Source of the DNA: Paragordius varius
Taxonomy: Eukaryota > Animalia > Nematomorpha
Reading direction: 5' to 3'
Length of the DNA stretch: 64,000 nt
NCBI GenBank assembly: GCA_964247055.1
Contig: OZ176058.1
Location: 3,720,001-3,784,000, forward strand
Below the pieces are notes generated by a model that worked only from the letters and a program-made list of their open reading frames with translations, was not told the DNA's origin and did no database searches. Below, one piece after another: positions 37,105-50,700 of the stretch (its first letter is position 1; the number at the start of each line of letters is the position of its first letter). The position numbers were made by a program, and so were the translations under genes.

Positions 37105-40100
37105 TAATTACAGGCAATGATGATTGGAATAATAAAGGCATTAATAGAACACGTTCTAAAGTTGAATATTTGAGTAATTTTTATAATTCAATGATAATTG
37201 TTGTAAAAATTGAGAATAAATATGTTTACACTTTAACAATCATCAAAATTACATATATAACCTCATATAATCTATATAAAATAGACACCAATATTTAAAA
37301 AATTTAAAAAATTGAACATAATCACAAAATTAAACATAAAAAATAAAGTTTCAAATATTAATAGTCATCTTAAAAATGCAAATAAATATTACTTAACTTT
37401 GATTGATTTGTTTAGGGAGGTTGTTCAGCATGAGTCCCTAGCGGATTTTTATGTTGTGGAGCTTGAAATACAAATTAAGCTACAATCTACTTTATAAAAT
37501 CAAAAACATTTAACACTCAAAATATTTTTTTAAGTTAATAGGTAATATATATATTTTGAGCTAGTGAATAGTTAATGTAACAAATTTAATCTTTTTGGAA
37601 AACTATCGATTTATTAACAATATCATTATATTTTTTTTGTACACGATGTCGTTTTGGGGAAGTTTTTGGCTCATTTATAATATCAATTTTTACATGCGGC
37701 AAAAAGCGTATATTTATAATTTGGCCCAGCAAATATTTTTTATAAATACATAAATTTAAAATGGACCTGGGGTAAAAAACTACCCCACAGGGCCAGGAAA
37801 TGTTAAGTTAAAAAGGTGTTGGCAAATAACATGGGTGAAGTATTCATATTAGTTTTATTTTTTTAATAAAATATTCATTAATGTCCATGTGATTATACTT
37901 TATAATGCGGACGCCAGGACGTTTGTGTCTGGCACCACCCTGGTTTGAAGCAATCATTAAAGTATTTCAGGAGTTTTTGTAAAAATGAGTTTTTACAGAA
38001 AATACCAATCGTATAGTTTAATAGATTTTATTAAAAATAGCTTTAAAGTTATATGTGGTTTTTTTAGTGAGAAGCCCTACCTAATACCTAATTAAAGATA
38101 GGCACTGGATTTATTTTACAGTAAAATTTGAAAGTATAAGGACCAAACCTAAAAATATAAAGACAAATATTTTTTTCAAATGACAACCATACTCTTTTAA
38201 TTAATTTTCTTTATAAGTTATTTAAATATGATTGTTGCATATAAAATTGATTGTGTTAGCAATATATATCTTTTCACACTTTGCGGCATTAAATAATAAG
38301 TTTTAATCAAAAAAATCAAGATTTATAAAGTATGGTTATTATAAAAAAATATTTCTCTTTATATATTTGTCCGTGTTTAAATTTTAACGGTACTTTATTA
38401 CAGGGATTACTCAATAATTATTGTTTCCATACAAGATAAAAAAATTTGTTCAAGTCGTAAAAATATTTGTTAAGAAAATAAAACAAGGGCTCTATGGGAT
38501 TAACGAAAATAAAATTATAAATTATTTACTGAATAAATAAATCCAAATATACATCACAATAAAAGGTAACCTCAAACAAAAATATATCGATCGAAATATA
38601 TGAAAATCTATTTATATAATCTATATATAATGGAAAATATAGCTGGAAAGAATATTGTTGATTTATATTAAAATGGCATATAACCTAATTGAACTGAATG
38701 CGTTTTATACAACTAAAAATTTTAAAATACCATTGAATAATGTTCGATTATGAAATTCAAAAAAACATTTTGTGAGTTTGACAACTTAACACAACTTAAT
38801 TTTTTTAAGATAAAAATTTTATTGAATAAAAAAACTGATGTATTTTAAACTGGAAATATTCAAACTCCAACGATTGTGCGAAATAAAAACCAAATCTTTT
38901 TAAATTTCCCCTAAGAATTGATGTTTAAATTTATTTTCAGTTTCCAGCCTAGCATTATTAACACTCCAGTTCAAATAAAGGTATCTAAATACTCCAAAAT
39001 TTACTCAAGTTTATATATTTACAAACCACTGAAAGAAACGGTCTCAATTTAAATTTATGCTTCTATCCTAATAAAAATTATATAAATAAGTCGAAATACC
39101 TAAATTTAAAATAAATTTCATATCAAACTACTTCGACGCCATTTTTTACATTATTTGTGCAAAATATCGTGTTTATTTAAGACTTGGATACAACACTATT
39201 TTAGTCCTTTTATTTAAATTGGGGTAGTAAATACCCCGAGCCTCTTAATAAAAATTATGGCAAAATTTTGCATTTATATAACATTGATAAACCGGAATAT
39301 ATAAAAAACTTTTTCAAAAACTTGATATTACTTATTTTAAGGTAAAGGTAAAAATTTAGTCAACTTGACATGTGTGCATTGGCTAAATTGAAAAATAATA
39401 CAAAACAAACCACATTTTCTATTTATGTTAATGTTAGATGTGATTAAAATAAATTTTTAATGTACTTTGAAAAATAAATAAATACGATATTTTGCAAAGA
39501 TTTTGCAAAATAAAAATATCGAAGCAGTTTTGGAATTTTAAAAAACAAAAATTCATTAAGATATTTTAGCTTATTAATATGTTTTTTTATTAGAATAGAA
39601 AAAATATTTAAATAAAAACCGTTTCCTTCAGTAGTTACTTTAAATTTTAACTGTAATTTAATCTAGGGTATTAGGTACCCCAAATCGAATCGAAGTGTTA
39701 ATATTTCTAAAATTAAAGTCAAAAAAGTGGTTTATTTTGTATTATTTATAAATTTAGCTAAAACACACATCTCATTATGACCAATGTTTAAACTTCGATT
39801 TATGTTTTAAATGAATATTAAGTATTCTGATTTCTTTTTTTATATTTCATTTTGTTAATGTTATATAAATGCAAACTTTTGCCAGGGTTTCAATGCATTC
39901 CTGATGTATTGAATTTTTAGCAGGCCTGGGGTATCTAACGACCCCAATTAGAATCGAAGGTGTTTATCCAAGTGTTAAGTTTCATAATATATTTTGGATT
40001 TTATATGGCTATTTTTTTCGATAACAAAAATTTAGTAAAAAAATTTATTAAAAATTCTGATAAATGTTCCTAATTTTTTTACCATTCTTCAATACTTTTA

Positions 40101-41393
40101 TAACAATTTTTTAAAATAAAGGGTTAGTTATTAGTTTATTTATATTATTTTATTATGTAAGATTTTCGTTCCTTCCCCACATTTGTCTAAATTAATAAAT
40201 ATGACAGTTTTTTTTACCCTAGTAGAGCTCTTGTTTAATTTTTACAACTTGAACAATTTTTTAAATGTTATTACTAAATAAAAGTAAACAGCTATGTATA
40301 TCATTAAATATTTTAAAATAATTCCTATGCAACATCAAAGTTATAAAAATATTTGTCTTTTAGCTTGGTTGTTTTGTCCGTAAAATTTTCATTTTACTAT
40401 AACAATGTGTGCAAAAAAGAGGGTCATTTTGATTTAAGGAAAATTTTTTTTTATGAGATAGCTTATGACCAGCGTATTCATTTGCCGCAAAAATTTATAT
40501 TTGTTGACAACCTAGTTTTTGAAATATTGAGAGAAAATCGAAATCGGGCAAAAAGTGAAAATTAAGGATAATTAAGGATAATTCAAAAAACAATGATAAA
40601 ATTTGAAATATTATCGTTTATTTTCATTTTAAGAGATATTTTCAATATATAAATAACCTAAAATCATATAGTTAGGGTTTCTATAGGGTTAACATTTTCT
40701 ATTCACGATTTTTTATTAAATTATCAAGTTTCAAAAATTATTGGCTTTTTTTGGTTTTTATCCAATTTGTCAGTATAAATTAACTGTGATAAATTAAGTT
40801 TGTTGAAACAATTTCCCTCTGTTAACATGTCATATCTTTTGAGGTGTGATTATATCCCCATGGTCATTTAAAATTTAAATATCTAAAAAATATTTTCATC
40901 ATTATGCCATATATAAAAATATACCTTTTTAACCTTTTTATACGCTTGATGTAAATCTTTTTTAGAAAAAATGTAAAATTGTAAAAAACTTCATCTTTTT
41001 TTGGAGGCATCCATCTTTTGCATTAATTTTATTTATTGCGCTGATATAATGGGCAACATGTATAACTCCTCCTTATAAATGTTTTGAATTGACTTTTTGT
41101 TTTATGTCTCTATTACATGTAACTTTTGCAGCATAAGCTAACCTCTACTGCTTAATATTTTTTTAATGTATAAATAACCGATTCGATGATAATTATTTCT
41201 CATATTATACATATTGAATTACACTGAATTATCAAACCTAACTAATACACTAAGGTTATTTGAAATACATTATTTATGCGGAATTATAAAAAATTTTACA
41301 ATATTCATTTATATTTAGTGCGAAAATAGATTTAGGGTTGAGATAAAGAGTAAACAGGTATATTAATAATTTAGTCGGATTCGTAATAATAAA

Positions 41394-42788
41394 TTATTTG
41401 ATTTCATTTAGTGTCGCAAGGGTGGTTTCAACAAGTGGGTACACTTGGTTGATGCTTGCCACATCACAAACTACAAACAAGTATGTTGAATTTGTCTTTC
41501 CTATAATAATTCCGTTTCCAATGGCTATACCATTTTTAACACTTGAAATTGTGTAACTTTTTCCATCCACTCTAATATTTTTCCCATTGAGGTTTGGATA
41601 GCTTTTCACATCTAACACAATTAATATTTATATATATAATTTCTTTAGATGATAAAATATTCCTATATTTTTACAGATTTACTCTCGACGTAATTCAAAC
41701 TCAGGGAACTTACCGAATATCAAAAAAAATAAGGGTTAATATAGGGATAACACACCCATAAACCTTGGGTGTGTGTCACATTTAAGCAATCTGATCATTA
41801 CACTTGATATAAATTTGACAATGATCTTGAAAAACAATCTCATATTTGTTTAGTATTAAGTTACATTATTACGCACGTTTCGAAAGAAGCTAACATCTAT
41901 ATTATTGATTTAACTGTATAATTGTATGCACTTTATCTCTATGTAGTTAATACAATTATATCTTATTAATTGACGCTTACATATACGAGAACGATAACCT
42001 TTTGTAATATTATATATATATATTGACATATTTTGAACTAGGTATTTTTAAAACCTAAACAAAAATTATTTCCTTGACGTGTGGTCCTATCTTTCAATTT
42101 GTCAAATCCAAAATGAATTTCCTATCTTACTAAGTTTTATAGTTTCATGTAATAATTTTTCATACATGTCAATACAACGCGGACAATACCAATAGGTATC
42201 GCGCACCTTAACAATCTTTAGTCATTACGGGCAGGGAGAATAAAATTTCAAGTAACCAAAGCACAATAGCTTTTTAATGAATAGAGAGAAAGTTTAAATG
42301 CTTTTTCTACACAATAAAGGTGATGGGTTTTAAGTAAATATACAATTATCTTTTATGTATGTATTTATATAATTACTACAACAGATTTAATTTTTAACAC
42401 TTTATCAAACCAATTACCATTCTATCAAATAATGATATAAATGGGTCAATTATAAAATTGTTTTATGCTATAAACTTGGTAATTTATAAATCCACCTCCA
42501 ACTATTAGGTTATTTGCCCAAGAGTTAAACGTAAATATTTATTAAGCCAATTTCAAATTTTGTGTATTTTTAACCATTCAAAAAAAATATTTACCTTGAA
42601 TGAAAGCACTTCTAAAGAGACATGGTGGTTACTGTGGACAATATTGAGTCCGGATTATCTTCAGAGATTAAACCGTATAATTTTATAGCTGGAACATTTT
42701 TTAAGGACTGATCCCATGGTGTTCCTCATCGAATCAATAACTACATATTATATAGAGTTATATAACTTACGTATAAGAGCCCCCACAT
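41394..42788 (-). pseudogene. Profilin-like pseudogene, copy C
   Basis: Exons are 42788-42771 (MWGLLY), 42740-42595 and 41611-41394. Exon 2 has an in-frame TGA at 42728-42726 (TCA in A and B) and a 5-nt deletion near 42615 that gives ATG TCT CTT TAG. The last exon is identical to copy A. Confidence 0.8.
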
Positions 42789-45700
42789 AATTATTACAAG
42801 AATGGAAAATTATTATTTTAGAAAATAAATTGTTAGATACCTTACGATATTTATATTTTGGTGTTCAAGGTAGACACTCGATTATAAAACTTTTAAATAC
42901 CGTTATGGCACTAATTAACTTCCCAATCCATTCAATATTTACAAGTCAGTGTCTTTTAACATATTTAAACGTAAGAGGGAATTAATTTAAATGGGACCTT
43001 GTAAGAAAATAATTTATTATGTTTATAAAATTTTGTCGTTCTTGTCGCAAACTCGTTACGCCTAATAATAATTTTCAACTGTTCTAATGCTTAAAAGATA
43101 TAATATTATAATGTATTATAGAGTTATATTCGTACTTTTTGGAGACTAATCTTAAACCATAGAATTTTTGACGATTGAAAATCAGGAAATAAATCAACTT
43201 CCAAAAGATTGTGACAAACCTAGAAAACATATATTAGGCAATATTTACCACACTAAAATACACTGTGTGCAAAAAGAGGGTAATTTTTTAACGAAAAATT
43301 TTCTTCCATTAAATATATTATAACCAGAAAATTGATTTACCGCAAAAATTTTTATTTGTTGACGACGACGTAGTTTAAATATTAAATTAAAGAAAATTGG
43401 GCAAAAAGTAAAAATATCTAAGATATGTAATGATAAAACCTGAGATATTAAGATTTAGTATCATTTTATCGTATATATACAATTTATAAATAGATTGAAA
43501 TCATATAATAAGCTTTTTATCTGACCAGGTCAAAAAATTCTCTCTCTAGCATACTTAATATTCAAAAAATATCTAATTGAAAAAAAATTATTTACTTGCG
43601 CAACTCAATACAAATATGTTCACATTTATATTTTATGCAGTAAAAATAACTTCCACAAAAAATCTCATTAAATATATATATTCTGATAAATAAATGTATA
43701 GGGATTATCATATGCTTTTAGTTATGACTGGTACGAGTGATTTAAGAAAATTATTTAAATTTTTGTCGTAAGTGCCTCATATCTGAAAATGGTGAGTTTT
43801 GTATACCTTTTTTAAATATAATTTTTGGTGAAATCCGGAGGATCCTTCCAAAAATTATCTCGAGAGTATATTATAAGCTACATATAAAAGCAAAACAATG
43901 TATTCAACAAATTTTGATTTTTTGTTCTTTTAAAAAACAAAGGGACGCGATAAAAATTTTAAATATAGCCAAATTTTGATATCAAATGCATATATGTTTT
44001 AAAATTTAATTTTCAGCAAAATTTTGTTGAAGCATACTTCATCCTATTTTAAGTCATGAGGGAAACGGTTAAAAAATTTAAAATTTATAAAAATCCTTTT
44101 TCCATCTAATTCTATGATGCTAAACATTTCTGTCATTACAGAATTTTCATTAAAATATTCGTTCTCAAATTTATGTCAAATATACATTTATTAACCGTCT
44201 AGCCTGTATCTGATATAACCTTAGAGTCTGACCAGTTTTAAACTTCTAGCGCAGAGAGGTCCAACGGGACTCTGAGCGCGGCCCGGAACTGCATTTCACG
44301 GAAAAAGATCTTTTGTACTGTAAATTTGTCCATACTAAAGTATATATTTAGCAACCAGAGGCTTTGTAGAATTTCTGTCTAGTACAAACCAACTGCTAAG
44401 GCTTTTTTAAGGCCACACCATGATTCCTCCACTTACACTTTAACGTTGCATTAAATCGTTACAAACATGATTATGAGGTATGATACAAGACATATAAATT
44501 AATGATTAGGATAGTTAATTAAATTAATTTTAAACATTTAATTTGATGATGTCTAACACAAATGGCGTCGAGAGCCGCATTTAGAGTCGAATAATCTTTA
44601 GAGGTCGCAATCGAAATGTATATGAGCATCCATAAATTATTAGATTTCAAACATAAATTGTATAAAAATGTTTTTATCTAGTTGCCCATTAAATATATTT
44701 ATTTAAAATGCAAATTTTATGAGCATATTATAAATTATATTTTTCCAAATTTTTCGCGTGACGCACATAAAGTCTCGAAGCAGGTGTTGGATACTTCTGA
44801 TTTAAATGTAATCATGACCGCCGCTTTTCAAAATAACCAGTTATAATTTTAAAAATGTTTAATACGTAATAAATATCATGCAATCATACAATTTTGCTAT
44901 TTTTTTTGATACAACATACTATTTTGCATTTTTGATGATGACTATGATCCTGAATGATGACTGTATCCATAACCCAACCCTAAAATAACCATATGAATTA
45001 AGTTTTTTTCTTTTACTTTATAAAATGTAACGATATATTTTACAAATAACCAGGGTGGTGGTATGCCAGTTATTCGTTACGATTGCAGTGTTGTGGATTC
45101 TCATGCTTTATGGCTTACGAATAATATAAATTATACTTCTCTGGTAATTGCTTCATATTAAAAAAAGGCGAAAATTGCGCACATTTTAATAAATTATTTT
45201 TTTGGCTGAGGCTTAATTCATAAATTATATCACTAAAATATGAAATCAAGTGTAAGAAAAATATCTACATAGATTATATATATTCTGATAGGAAAAGATA
45301 TCAGGATAATTGTGTTGATTTAGGCTCTTACTAGTTATATAAGAAAGTTTATTAGACTTTTGTAATAATTACTTCATATCAGAAAATGGTAAAATTTGTG
45401 CACACTCTTAACAGTTCCTATTGGAATAGTCTTATATGCCATAGCGATTTAATTTTGATCTTAATTGTAAAAGATTTTGGGCCGAATTTAAAAATAGGCT
45501 TTCTATAGCCTTTTGATTTTTAACGCATTATAATAAAAATATATAAAATTGTAAAAAAATATTCATCTCAAACTTCATTTTTATTTCGTTAATTTTTTTA
45601 AATCGTCAATATGATAAGTTAATAAAATAATTGGTTAGAAAATGTAAATAAATGTCTTAAGGCTTTTAAGATGGATTTTACCTGAAAAAACATTAATTTG

Positions 45701-47707
45701 GAAATCAGCTGTTTAGTTGAATCGTGTCCTGATGCCGTCCTAATTTTCTAGATATTTTAAGCTACAAAACCCTAAATAATATAAGTTTCAATGTAATTTA
45801 GGAGATCATTTTTGGATAATTAAATTTTATTTAACATAACACCCTAATTACATGATTAGTCCTTGGGATATAAAACTACCTCAATATCTCACTACGGACA
45901 AAAAAGTAAAAATGTGATAGGTCTCAAATAAAATTTTTTGCTGACTATGATTTATTCAAAAAATTATCACTAATATAATTTATAAACTACATATCCATTA
46001 ATAATATTTCTTTAGAGATAATTTTAAATATGGCCGAAAGTGCCAATTTTTTTCGCTGATATCAAATGGGCTAGTTTTCTTTATATAAAGTCTAATGCTG
46101 AGATACCTTAATATAATTTAACATATATATGCTATATTGTAATATCAACTAAAAATGTATAAAACGTATACTTTCATTAAAATAATTTCATACTATTTGG
46201 AGGCATGATGGAAACGGTATAAAAACGGTTTAAGATATAAATACTTTATCTGTATAGTTTGATAATGCTGATCATTGCCTCATAATTTTGATTAAAATAT
46301 TCGTTCGTCTTAAAATTTTTTTGGTAAACATAAATTGTTATTTTTTACGAAAATTTTCTTGAATTTAAAAGTAAACGAGCTTTAAAATTGAAACTTGAAG
46401 CGATTGAAAATATTTTTCATCATCGAATTATATAGGGAAATTAATCTTAAAGCTTTTAAATACTCTTTCTTCTCAAACAGTATGAACGCTTCAACAAAAT
46501 TTTGCCATTATATTCATGAAAAAGAATTGCATTTTCAAAATATTTTATTTGATATCAAAATTTGGATACATTTAAAATTTTTATAGCAGAATCTCATCAA
46601 TTTTGCGTTGGAAAAATTTTTGGACTTCCGAAGCCCATATTTAAAAATTAACTTTTTTAAAATATCGTTTTGTTTTATGTAGTTAGATATAATTTAGTGA
46701 TATTTTGTGAAAATAAGTACCTTTCACCAAAAAAAATTATTTCAAATTACACATTTACCATTTTATGATTGGAACACCTACCATAAAAAATAACATTAAC
46801 TAACCCTTAGAAAAATCAATAACATGATAATGCTGATACGTTTTCCTATCAGAATATATACACTTCATATATAACACTGGACGCATTATTATATTGAAAA
46901 AATGTTTTTATCGTTTCGACCATATCTTTCAAAATTCTGTAAAAATTGTAATTTAAGGCAAAAAAATCAATTTTCGAGAAAATAATTTATAAATTTAAAT
47001 TTTTCATATAATTACATTTTTTATCCCGTAATGTCGGGCAATTTTTGCATTGTTTTAAAAAAATTGGCGCATTTTAGATAAGTCCAACAAATTTTCTTTC
47101 GTTACCCCCATATAAAATTCAAAATTGTATAAAGTTCCTTTTTTATATATATATTTTAGATATTTTTATGATGCATTTAGCTTTTGTCAAAAAATTAATT
47201 TATGAAAATGTGCTCAAATATTTTTTTGAGTGGAAACCACCACAAAAATTGTGATTTCAAATCTTATATTTCTCGGAAGACTCAACACCAAAAGCAACAT
47301 AAAAACAGGATATATTCTATCGGAATATATATAAGTAATATACTCTATAAAATTTATGCGCTGACTATGTTAATGAATCTGTTGATTGTTTTAACAGCCT
47401 AAAAATCATTAGGTTACCTTTTAAGCAGACGGCTTATGTATATATGTCTATTATACAGATATAAATATTTTTATATACTTTATATTTATTATATCTTTAA
47501 ATTAAATTGAAATTTTTCGTGATTCGTTGGCGGGATGGGTGCACTATCTCCAAAGTTGGAAAGAACCTTGTCTACTCGGAAGTTATCTATATGGTAAAAT
47601 CACAACACAATTTTCGATTTCAAGATTTAGGACTAGATAATATATTCATACATTAATTATTTTTAAGTAATGCATACAAACAGATTATTTTTCATTCCAT
47701 CATTCAT

Positions 47708-50700
47708 AAAGATATTTTAATTGATGGAAAAATTATTTAATTGTTGGAAATATATGTTTGATTGTTGGAAACACTGAAAAGTTATATATTGTAATTGTTG
47801 GAAAAATTATTTGATTGTTGAAAATATATGTTTGAGTGTTGGAAACACAAAAAAGTTAAAAGACAACATAAGATTGTTGGAAAAATTATTTAATTGTTGA
47901 AAATTTATGTTTGATGATTGAAAACACTAAAAAGCTATTGGGCAATATATTTTCATAGACAAAATTATTTGATTGTTGAAAATATATTTGATTGTTGGAT
48001 ACACTTAAAAGTTAGAAGAAAACATATTTTGATTGTTGGAAAATTATTTGGTTGTTGATATATTTTTGATTATTGGAAACACTAAAAGTTAAAAGAAAAC
48101 AATTTATGATTGTTGAAAAAAATATTTGATTGTTGAAAATAGTTTGATTGTCGGAAACAAAATTGTTGGAAAAAATATTTGATTGTTGAAAATATATGTT
48201 TGATTGTTTGAAACAATAAAAAGCTAATGGGCAACATATTTTGATAGTTGGAAAAATTATTTGATTGTTGAAAATATATGATTGATTGTTAGAAACACTA
48301 AAAAGTTAAAAGAAAATTTTGATTGTTGGATAAATTATTTGATTGTTGAAAATATATGTTTGATTGTTGGAAACACTAAATAGTTAAAAGACAACATAAT
48401 TTGATTGTTGAATAAATTATTTGATTGTTGAAAATATATGTTTGATTGTTGGAAACACTAAAAAGTTAAAAGAAATCAAATTTTGATTGTTGGAAATTGG
48501 AAACACTAAAAAGCTATTGGGCAACATATTTTGATTGTTGGAAAAATTATTTGATTGTTGAAAATATATGTTTGATTGTTGGAAACACTAAAAAGTTAAA
48601 AGAAAACATATTTTGATTGTTGGAAAAACTATTTGATTATTGGAAATACTAAAAAGCTATTGGGCAACATATTTTGTTGTTGTTATTTGATTGTTGAAAA
48701 TATATGTTTAATTGTTGGAAACACTAAAAGCTATTGGGCAACATATTATGATAGTTGGAAAAATTATTTGATTGTTGGAAATATATGTTTGATTGTTGGA
48801 AACACTAAGTTAAAAGAAATTGATTGTTGAAAATATATGTTTGATTGTTGGAAACACCAAAAAGTTAAAGGAAAACATATTTTGATTGTTGGAAAAATTA
48901 ATTGATTATTGGAAATACTAAAAAGCTATTGGGCAACATATTTTGATTGTTGGAAAAATTATTTGATTGTTGAAAATATATGTTTGATTGTTGGGATCAA
49001 TAAAAAGCTATTGGGCAACATATTTTGATTGTTGGAAAAATTATTTGATTGTTTAATTGTTGGAAACACTAAAAAGCTATTGGGCAATTTATTTAGATTG
49101 TTGGAAAAATTATTTGATTGTTGAAAATATATGTTTGATGTTGGAAACACTAAAAAGTTAAAAGAAAACATATTTTGATTGTTAAAAAAATTATTTGATT
49201 ATTGGAAATACTAAAAAGCTATTGGGCAACATATTATGATAGTAGGAAAAATTATTTGATTGTTCAAAATATATGTTTGATTGGTGGAAACACTAAAAAG
49301 CAATTGGGCAACATATTTTGATTGTTTGGAAATTATTTGATTGTTGAAAATATATGTTTGATTGTTGGAAACAATAAAAAGCTATTGGGCAACTTATTTT
49401 GTTTGTTGGAAAATTATTTGATTGTTGAAAATATATATTTGATTGTTGGAAACACTAAAAAGCTATTGGGCAACATATTTTGATTGTTGGAAAAATTATT
49501 TTATTGTTGAAAATATATGTTGATTGTTGGAAACACTAAAAAGTTAAAAAAACATAATTTAATTGTTGGAAAATATTTGATTGTGCAAATATATGTTTGA
49601 TTGGTGGAAACACTAAAAAGCAATTGGGCAACATATTTTGATTGTTTGGAAATTATTTGATTGTTGAAAATATATGTTTGATTGTTGGAAACAATAAAAA
49701 GCTATTGGGCAACTTATTTTGTTTGTTGGAAAATTATTTGATTGTTGAAAATATATATTTGATTGTTGGAAACACTAAAAAGCGATTGGGCAACATATTT
49801 TGATTGTTGGAAAAATTATTTTATTGTTGAAAATATATGTTGATTGTTGGAAACACTAAAAAGTTAAAAAAACATAATTTAATTGTTGGAAAATATTTGA
49901 TTGTGCAAATATATGTTTGATTGTTGGAAACACTAAAAAGCTATTAGGCATCATATTTTGATTGTTATAAAAATTATTTGATTGTTGAAAATATATATTT
50001 AATTGTTGGAAAACTAAAAAGCTATTGGGCAACATATTTTGATTGTTGGAAAAATTATTTTATTGTTGAAAATATATGTTGATTGTTGGAAACACTAAAA
50101 AGTTAAAAAAACATAATTTAATTGTTGGAAAATATTTGATTGTGCAAATATATGTTTGATTGGTGGAAACACTAAAAAGCAATTGGGCAACATATTTTGA
50201 TTGTTTGGAAATTATTTGATTGTTGAAAATATATGTTGATTGTTGGAAACACTAAAAAGTTAAAAAAACATAATTTAATTGTTGGAAAATATTTGATTGT
50301 GCAAATATATGTTTGATTGTTGGAAACACTAAAAAGCTATTAGGCATCATATTTTGATTGTTATAAAAATTATTTGATTGCTGAAAATATATATTTGATT
50401 GTTGGAAACAGTAAAAAGCCATTGGGCAACATATTTTGATTGTTGGAAAATTTTTTTTATTGTTGAAAATATATGTTTAATTGTTGGAAATACTAAAAAG
50501 CTGTTGGGCAACATATTTTGATTGTTGGAAAAATTATTTTATTGTTGAAAATATATGTTGATTGTTGGAAACACTAAAAAGTTAAAAAAACATAATTTAA
50601 TTGTTGGAAAATATTTGATTGTGCAAATATATGTTTGATTGTTGGAAACACTAAAAAGCTATTAGGCATCATATTTTGATTGTTATAAAAATTATTTGAT

